Below, piece by piece: positions 57,053 through 64,000 of a stretch of 64,000 bases of DNA. The notes under the pieces are model-generated. The model ran no database searches, was not told the DNA's origin, and saw nothing but the letters and a program-made list of their open reading frames with translations. Position numbers and translations under genes: made by a program. This DNA comes from Hyaloraphidium curvatum SAG 235-1 (taxonomy: Eukaryota; Fungi; Monoblepharomycota): the NCBI GenBank assembly GCA_025558095.1, contig JAIVFI010000010.1:620001-684000 (forward strand). Direction: 5' to 3'. The stretch's first letter is position 1, and each line of letters opens with the position of its first letter.

Positions 57053-57283
57053 TGCCGGGCTCCTCGTTCGAGGATGGTGACGCGTGCCGCTCTCCAATAC
57101 AAGATCTGCCTGTTGTCGACCCTCCTTATGGTCTTCAACCAGATCGTTTGAAAGCACGAGCTTCACGTCCACGTCCTCACGTCGCCGGCCGGTGAAGTCA
57201 ACGAACTGTTTCTTCGCGCACGGGCGAGTCAGGTACTCAATCACTTCTGCGCTCGGCATCTCACTTTCTGCGCAGCCGAAACC

Positions 57284-57955
57284 ATGTCCTCCTACGACGA
57301 GTACCTCCCGAATCAGTTCACCGAAGCGTACGACACGTCATTCTTCGGCCTGAACATCAGCGCTCGCCAGGTCATCGAGAACGCACTCGTGTTTCCGAAC
57401 TGGTGCCCCGCGGCGGAGGAGCTGCGCCTCACGCACCGCTCGCGCCTCGACAATCCTTTCAGCGCGCTGCCGTGGGAGCTGCTCGAAGGGATCGAAAAGG
57501 CGCTCTGGAAATCGATTCGCGCCGATCTGACCAAGGGGTACGGTACCGACGGCAGATCCGTGCATTTCTACTTGCCGGACGAGTACGAGAAGGCCAGGAC
57601 GGCGCTTCGGCAGGAGTTTGGTCTCTCCGTGCAGATTCGCCCGGACGCGTGGCTCGAATATGCCGCCTACGACTGCCTGGCCCTGCTGATCCTCCCTCGC
57701 AACGATGACGTGTGGAGCGTCAAGCGCCCCGTTACTCCCCGCGATATCAAGATCGGCAAGAAGGACGTCGCACGTCTTATTAGGGCCGTGAACGCGCTCC
57801 GTCTCGTCGTGTATAAGGACCCGCCGGACGGAGACGTCGAATGGGACTGGACTGACAGAGGCGACGGAGGCGACGTTGGCGAGTGCCCCTGGACTACTGA
57901 AGACGACCCCGAGCCAGAGTGGATTCTCGTTCACGTGCCGGCGGTTCCTTTGTAG
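57284..57955 (+). CDS. F-box-like motif protein, tandem paralogue 2
   Basis: NPFSALPWELLEGIEKAL and shared C-terminus CPWT.EDDPEP.WILV. Confidence 0.75.
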   Translation: MSSYDEYLPNQFTEAYDTSFFGLNISARQVIENALVFPNWCPAAEELRLTHRSRLDNPFSALPWELLEGIEKALWKSIRADLTKGYGTDGRSVHFYLPDEYEKARTALRQEFGLSVQIRPDAWLEYAAYDCLALLILPRNDDVWSVKRPVTPRDIKIGKKDVARLIRAVNALRLVVYKDPPDGDVEWDWTDRGDGGDVGECPWTTEDDPEPEWILVHVPAVPL

Positions 57956-58064
57956 ATGGCACGTCGGTGGTTCCTTTTTAGATCTCGAAGTCAGGTCATC
58001 TTTCTCATTCCATGCGGGCGCCGCGTCCGATCATCCGTCCAAATTACCTAACAGAACGCGAAAC

Positions 58065-58775
58065 ATGACCTTCGGCGCCTCCGTCGAGCTCTACTTCGGC
58101 CTCCATGCCTCCGCGCGCCAGCTGATCCGGAACGTGGCCGTGTTTGCCGAGTGGCGCCTCGTGGTCGAGGAGCTCCGCCTCGCGCACCGTTCGCGCGCCG
58201 CGAACCCGTTCAGCACGCTGCCCCATTAACTGCTGGAAATGATCGAGAAGTTTCTTCGGGAGTCGATCGATGCGGACTCGCCCTGGGGCCTCCCCGGCGA
58301 AATCTGGGAGGAGACTTGGGGCTGGCCTTGGGAGCGCTTCAGGCTCGAGCGGGAGCTGCCCGCAATCCGGGAGATGTTTGAAGAAAGATTCGGGCTGACA
58401 GTCAAGCATCGAGAGGGCGTCAAGAACGAGAACAGACAGTTCGTTGAGGACGATTTCTTCGACTGCCTCGTGTTCCTCGTGCTCGATCGTGACGAAGCCG
58501 AGCTCGCCAGTGTCGAGGGGTCCCGAACCAGGGGTTGGCCAAGGGACGTCGCGGCAGCAAGCTGCGAGATTCCACACTCGTTCTTCTCGGTCAAGAAGCG
58601 GGAGGTCGCGCGGCTCGCCCGGGCGGTCAAGGTGCTGCGGCTAGACGCGTTCCGCGCGCCCTCGGACGAGCCATTCTCCTGGATCAACAGATGCGAACAC
58701 CCGGACTGCCCTTGGACGGTGGACGAGGAACGGAAGCCGGCGTGGATCGTCAATCTTTCCAGCTTTACCTATTGA
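58065..58775 (+). pseudogene. F-box-like tandem paralogue 3 with an in-frame stop
   Basis: TAA at 58227-58229 where the paralogues encode Glu (LPxE). The same frame continues to 58775. Confidence 0.75.
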
Positions 58776-58987
58776 TCGACCGAACAGCGCGCATTCTTCG
58801 CGCCACGCGGAACACCTCTCTCCCCTTGATGTCATCGCAGCCGCCTCTCCTAGCGGCACCAGCAACCTTCCATTTCGGGACGCACCTTGGCGATCGGGAC
58901 CGCCGACCGCCTGACTTTGCGCCCCAGCCACACGGCGGCAAGTCGGCATCAGGCACCGTCAGCCGCAAAAGCGCCGACCTCGCCGCG

Positions 58988-60877
58988 ATGCGCCCGGTGC
59001 TGCTCCTGCTGCTCCTCCTCGCCGCTGCGGCGCCCGCGCTCGGCCAGTGCCCGCTGAACACGACGGTGCGGCCGTCGCGGCGGCTCTGCTCCTCGGTCGG
59101 GGCGCCGGCCACGGCCTCGGGGGACCTGGCCATCGGCTCGCCCAACGGCCGCCTCGCGTTCCTGCTGGGCGTCAACCCGCGCATCCTGCGAGCCGGGGCG
59201 GCGGCGCCGGCGTGGAACCGCTCATTCGTCGCCCGCGGGACAGGATGCCCCCCCGCGGCCTTCTCGGTGCGCTTCACAGCTGGGTCCGTCTCGGTGTCCT
59301 GCCGCGGCACCGAGGCTGCACGCGTCACCCTGCGCCGCGCTGGCATCGCCGCCGTGAGGATCGCCATCGCAAACACGGGCATCGTCACCTTCCTCGGCCC
59401 GGCGAACCAGACCGTGCTCACGCTGCGGCCCGGCTCGGCCGCCGCCGCGTGGACCGTCAGCCTGCGGACGGTAACGCCCAAGACCACCGCCAAGGCGGCC
59501 GTACCGACCACCCGGCGCCTTGCACCCACCACCGCGCGCCCCAAGGCCACCACAGCTCGGCCGCCGGCCACCACGGCCCGCCCGCAGACCCCATGCTCGT
59601 CGCGCGGCTGGATGTCACTGGATGGCGGGCTCGTCGACCAGAACGTCTACTCGTTCGTCAACATGGCCGACGGCTCGGTGCTGCTCGGGGGCACGTTCAG
59701 ATCCGTCAACTTCACGTCCGGCCCGCGGAGGGGCCAGTCCTTCGCCACCCCCAGGGGCCTCGCCAACTTCACCGGCCGCACCTTCGCCCCCCTCTTCCCC
59801 GAGCCCTCCTTTGTCCGCGGGCTCTCGGGGGGCTTCGAGCTGCGCGACAACTTCAACATCATCGACTGCGCCGGCTACCTGTACATCAGCGGCCGCACCG
59901 CGCTCTTTGCCGGCGGCCACATCTACATGCGGGACCCGGCGGGCGAATGGGCCGCCATCGACGAGGCATACCCGGGCATCCCGACGGCCTTCTTCTTTGG
60001 CAACATGTTTGGCCGCGGCGTGTGCGACGCCTCGCGCGGCAAGGTCTACTTCGAGGGCTCCTTCTTCGACGATTTCGGACCCGTGAAGGCGGTGGCGGCG
60101 TGGGACCAGAACGCGCGCACGTGGTCGGCCATGGGCACGGGTCTCGGGCGGTTCGCGAGCCAGGTGCGCACGCTCGCCGTCGACGTTACCAGCGGCCTGG
60201 TGTACGCCGGCGGCGAGTTCCTGCGGGACGGACCGAACTCCAGGGACCTCTACCGCGTGGCAGTCTTCGACGGCACGTCGTGGGAGAACCTCGGCGGGGG
60301 CACGGACGGCGCCGTCAAGGCGCTGGCTGTGGGATACGGCACCTCCGAGCCGTTCCTCTACGTCGGCGGCGAATTCTCCAAGGTCTACCCCACCGCCGAC
60401 CGCTCCGAAGCTTCGGCGATCACGGTCAACAACATCGCCATCTGGCGCACCCGCTCGCGCACCTGGTCCCGCCTCCCGCACCAGGGCCCGGCCTCGGCGA
60501 TCGGCCTCGGCCCGTTGGACCTCATCCTCCTCGGCGTGTCGGCGATCCACACCCGCCCGTACTGCGGCGCCCCCGGAACGTGCGAGCAGGACTCCACGGT
60601 GCTGCTGGGCGGTTACTTCCGCACCTTCGGACCCGTGAGCACGCGGTCCGTGGTGCGGTACCGGCCGCTCGTACCCTCCGTGGAGGCGCTCGGGGACGGG
60701 GTGCCGTTGTCGGAGCCGCAGTCCAACGACGGGTTCGTGGATTCGCTGGGGATGGGGCCGGGGCCGTGCCCGGGGGAGGAGTACGTGTACGCGGGGGGGA
60801 CCTTCATGATGGCGCCGCGCGCGTTCAGCACCACCGACAGGTTCGGGAACGTGGCCATGTACGGGCTGCTGCCTTGA
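58988..60877 (+). CDS. Secreted protein with Thr/Arg/Pro linker and beta-propeller-like (Rax2/kelch-like) repeats
   Basis: Signal peptide MRPVLLLLLLLAAAAPALG. Repeats W..LG.G....V..LA...LY.GG.F. Intronless. Confidence 0.78.
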   Translation: MRPVLLLLLLLAAAAPALGQCPLNTTVRPSRRLCSSVGAPATASGDLAIGSPNGRLAFLLGVNPRILRAGAAAPAWNRSFVARGTGCPPAAFSVRFTAGSVSVSCRGTEAARVTLRRAGIAAVRIAIANTGIVTFLGPANQTVLTLRPGSAAAAWTVSLRTVTPKTTAKAAVPTTRRLAPTTARPKATTARPPATTARPQTPCSSRGWMSLDGGLVDQNVYSFVNMADGSVLLGGTFRSVNFTSGPRRGQSFATPRGLANFTGRTFAPLFPEPSFVRGLSGGFELRDNFNIIDCAGYLYISGRTALFAGGHIYMRDPAGEWAAIDEAYPGIPTAFFFGNMFGRGVCDASRGKVYFEGSFFDDFGPVKAVAAWDQNARTWSAMGTGLGRFASQVRTLAVDVTSGLVYAGGEFLRDGPNSRDLYRVAVFDGTSWENLGGGTDGAVKALAVGYGTSEPFLYVGGEFSKVYPTADRSEASAITVNNIAIWRTRSRTWSRLPHQGPASAIGLGPLDLILLGVSAIHTRPYCGAPGTCEQDSTVLLGGYFRTFGPVSTRSVVRYRPLVPSVEALGDGVPLSEPQSNDGFVDSLGMGPGPCPGEEYVYAGGTFMMAPRAFSTTDRFGNVAMYGLLP

Positions 60878-61133
60878 TGGCGTCGAGGGGGATGCTGCGA
60901 TCGGCGCAACTCATAAGGCAGGGAAAATGGCATTGGATCTTCTGGGGAACTAGGCGTTGGAGGGGAAAACCGGCACTACACTTGGCAAGAATGTTATCGG
61001 GCTTCCAAACGGCTTCAGTCTCTGCGCAATTCCGCAACCTCTGCAGTTCCTCAGGTCCGGCCTCGAAACGTACCCTTTGGAAATGGTGAGTCGGTCGGTT
61101 GGCGTCGCTCTGTTTACGCGCACATGCCCTGCC

Positions 61134-63209
61134 ATGTCCCCCTCCCTCCGGTGCCTGAATGGGCTGTTTCGGGCCCGCAATCCTTTCCTTGGAACGCATC
61201 GATCATTACCCGCCGCGGTGCCCCGCGATGGCCCGCCCGTCCGCCCGCCGCCATGCCGCGCCTCGTCGTCGGCGGCGTCCGCCGGCGCGGCGCTCGCCTC
61301 TGCGCTCTCCGGCCTCGAGGGCGGCGCACGCCCGAGCCAGGACCGCCTGTGGGACATGTACGCGCGCGCCGCGGCGGACCCGTCCGTGCTGCGCGCCCTG
61401 GGCCCGGCGGACCTGGGCCGGCTGGCCGGGTGGCTCGCGGGCCGCGCGCTGGGGCGGCGGCGCAAGCTGGCCCGGGGGGAGATCCGCGTGGGCAGGGACA
61501 AGTTCGCGAGGGAGTGCGAGGCGATGATGGCGGAGGCGGCGGGGCGGCTGGGGAGGGTGGCCGAGGACGCCTTCGCGGCCGGCGTCGAGCTGCCCGACGA
61601 GGTCGGCACGCTGCTCGCGCGGACGTCGGAGCCCGGGCTGCGGACGCACGCGGACTGCGAGGCGCTCGCCGGCAGGCTCGCGAGGCTGGGGCTGGGCCCC
61701 TCGGCGCGCGCCGTGAACGCCATGGCGGACCCGCTCGCGAAGCGGGGCAACTACACGGCCGTCGCGAAGCTGCTCCACGAGCGCGGCGGCGAGGCGACCC
61801 CGCACGCGCTGACGATCCTGGTGCAGGCGGCCGCGGCGGCCCGCCCCGCCGCGTGCGAGGAGCTGGAGGGGTACCCCGTCGGCGCCGCGTCCGCGGGGGA
61901 CCTGCGGGTCGACCTGTGGACCGAGTTCCGCGACCGCGGCGAGAGGGCGTCCCGCCGCGCGCCCGACGCCCCCGACGCCTCCGCGGACGACCCCGCGCAC
62001 CTCATCGACGCGTCCCCGGACCCCCTCGCCGCCCTCCGCGCGCACCTGGCCCTCCGCCCCGCACCCACCCTCCCCTCGCTCACCGCCCCCTCGGCCCTCC
62101 CCGCGCACTCGCCGGCCTCCAAGACCCTCTCCGTGCTGCACGCCGCATCGGCGGTCCCCGCCCTCCCCGACGCCCCGCTGCTCGCCACCGCGCTGCATGC
62201 CTTCTTCCTGCGCCCCCTCCCGCGCCTCGCCTCGGCCGCCGTCGACGTGTTCTCCTCCGACTTCAACGTGCGCCCGGGGCCCGGCGTCTGGGCGCAGTTG
62301 CTGCACCGCGCCTCCCGCACGGGCGAGCTGGACGCCGCCGGCCGCGCGCTGGACGGCCTGTCGGCGGCGTCGGACGCGCCCCCCGACGCGCGCGCCGCGA
62401 CCATGGTGCTCGCGGCGTTGGTGATGGCCGGCAGGTTCCGCGAGGCCGCGGGGGTCTGGGGCGGGCTGGTGGATGCGCGCGGGGGGAGGGTGGCGGCGGA
62501 GACGGTGGGCGCGTACCTGGGTGCCGTGCTGGCGACCGGCGGGGACGCGGGGGCGTGGCTGGCCGAGGTTGCGGGGAAGGGCGGGGAGGTGACGGCGGGG
62601 CACTACAACAAGGCCGTGCACCGGCTGATCGGGATGGGCAGGGCGGAGGAGGCGCGGGCGGTGTTTGAGGGGATGCGGGTACCCGCGAACGGGACGACGG
62701 CGGCGACGGTTGCCAAGCTGGCGGGGGTGATGAAGGACGCGTGGCTCCTGGACACCGCGCTGCGGTGCGTTCCGGCACCGATGCTGGGCGCGGATGCGTG
62801 GGCGGCGGCGGGCAAGGCGCTTTCGGTGATGGGGCGGCCCGGGGAGGGCGGGGAGCTGCTGCTCGCGTGCCTGCAGGGGCGGGAGGCCGATCGGGCCCGG
62901 CTCCCGGACGGGTTCCCGTTGGCGGGTGTGCAGCCCCCCCGGCCGCACGTGGGCGTCGCCGCGGCCGCGCTGCAGATCGCCGAGCGCGTGCCGGGGGAGC
63001 CGAGCGAGGAGCTGGTCCGCGCCTGCCGGGCGTTCTTCGAGGCCGCGGGGGAGCCGGGGGCCGGGGGGATGGGGATCGAGGGGCTGCTGAGGCTGGCGGG
63101 GATGGAGCCGTGGGTTGACAGGCCGAGGGAGCAGCGGGTGGAAGGGGGGAAGGGGGGGGAGAGGCCGGCCAGGGAGCAGCGCGGGCGGTTGCACGGGAGG
63201 GGGGTTTGA
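61134..63209 (+). CDS. PPR-like helical repeat protein, probably mitochondrial
   Basis: Arg/Ser-rich presequence. Degenerate PPR units such as HYNKAVHRLIGMGRAEEARAVFEGM. Confidence 0.6.
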   Translation: MSPSLRCLNGLFRARNPFLGTHRSLPAAVPRDGPPVRPPPCRASSSAASAGAALASALSGLEGGARPSQDRLWDMYARAAADPSVLRALGPADLGRLAGWLAGRALGRRRKLARGEIRVGRDKFARECEAMMAEAAGRLGRVAEDAFAAGVELPDEVGTLLARTSEPGLRTHADCEALAGRLARLGLGPSARAVNAMADPLAKRGNYTAVAKLLHERGGEATPHALTILVQAAAAARPAACEELEGYPVGAASAGDLRVDLWTEFRDRGERASRRAPDAPDASADDPAHLIDASPDPLAALRAHLALRPAPTLPSLTAPSALPAHSPASKTLSVLHAASAVPALPDAPLLATALHAFFLRPLPRLASAAVDVFSSDFNVRPGPGVWAQLLHRASRTGELDAAGRALDGLSAASDAPPDARAATMVLAALVMAGRFREAAGVWGGLVDARGGRVAAETVGAYLGAVLATGGDAGAWLAEVAGKGGEVTAGHYNKAVHRLIGMGRAEEARAVFEGMRVPANGTTAATVAKLAGVMKDAWLLDTALRCVPAPMLGADAWAAAGKALSVMGRPGEGGELLLACLQGREADRARLPDGFPLAGVQPPRPHVGVAAAALQIAERVPGEPSEELVRACRAFFEAAGEPGAGGMGIEGLLRLAGMEPWVDRPREQRVEGGKGGERPAREQRGRLHGRGV

Positions 63210-64000
63210 GGCGCCGCCCTGAATCGATGCGGCATCCGGCGAACAAGATTTCGAAAGCCGTGCCGGCGGTGCCGCTCCCTCAATCCTGCCGCCGCGGTGA
63301 GCCGCGCCGGTGAGACAGTTCCCCGATCCGATTCCCCGATTCGCGCGGCCGCATGACGCAACGCGGAAAATCGGCCCCACCATTGACGTCGCCTGCGGCG
63401 CGTCGCTTCCATCCAACGCCCCTCCCTTCCCGTCGCCGTGCATCGAACGACCCTGCTTGTCATCGGCGGATTCGGATCCCGCCGCCCGGTCGGCGGCACG
63501 GCCGCGCCGGCCGAGCGCACGGAACCCGCGGGCGGTGGGATTTCCCCACCGGCCCACCCCGCGATCGCGCGGCGACGGAGCGCCGTCGGCAGCCGCCCGC
63601 TCCTGCGGATCAGGGCCGCCGGTGCGGACCCCGTGATGGCGATGCGTGGGGTGCGGCCTTGGATTTTGGGGTGGTCCGCGGGAGCCTAAACTGTGGCGGC
63701 GTGGCGTGCGGGTGCGGGGCCCGATCGGTGACCAGTGGTGGCGGGACCCGGGCCATCGGTGGGCGAGGAGGAAGGCGCTGCGTCAAGAGAAAGTCAGGGG
63801 CAGCGGCGAGGCGGCGGTGGTTCGGTGGCGTCGGGGAACTCGCGGCGGCACGCGGTCGGCAGCCGTCCGCGGGCCCCGCGTGCCCTGATGCCCCGAGTGT
63901 GGATGCAGCCACGCGCCCGGTGCCGGATGGATAAAATCCGGAGGGCCGAGGCTCGACCGCCGCATAGTTATCGGCGGGGCGCTTTTTCAGAGGCACGAAC

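Noticed and set aside
63210-64000. ORFs at the right end of the window
   Set aside because: No recognisable motifs. They may belong to a gene starting outside the window.

Overview
This is gene-dense, GC-rich eukaryotic DNA. Short GT-AG introns with CTRAC-type branch sites and a Zn2Cys6 factor point to a fungus, probably an early-diverging chytrid-type lineage (inference only). About 30 genes are supported. Core genes include mitochondrial bL36, DCP2, an APE2/Apn2-like endonuclease, a J-protein, an SCP2-type thiolase, a RING-H2 ligase, acetyl-CoA synthetase and a USP36/42-like deubiquitinase. They are interleaved with accessory genes, several bacterial-looking. Four features stand out. (1) An intronless gene fuses about 16 tandem C2H2 zinc fingers to a DUF559/Vsr-like PD-(D/E)XK nuclease domain, a natural zinc-finger-nuclease architecture; it has one internal frameshift. 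(2) Two Ro60/TROVE genes form a ~2.1 kb inverted repeat around a 9.9 kb segment, with a gene-conversion-like identity pattern. (3) The vertebrate Y RNA 5' signature GGCUGGUCCGA lies at the inner edge of that repeat, 145 nt upstream of one Ro60 copy. (4) A perfect palindrome with 133 bp arms sits at the window start, next to an orphan gene with HNH-like motifs. No rRNA, tRNA, CRISPR array or recognisable transposase was seen. Exon boundaries were inferred by eye and no database searches were run.
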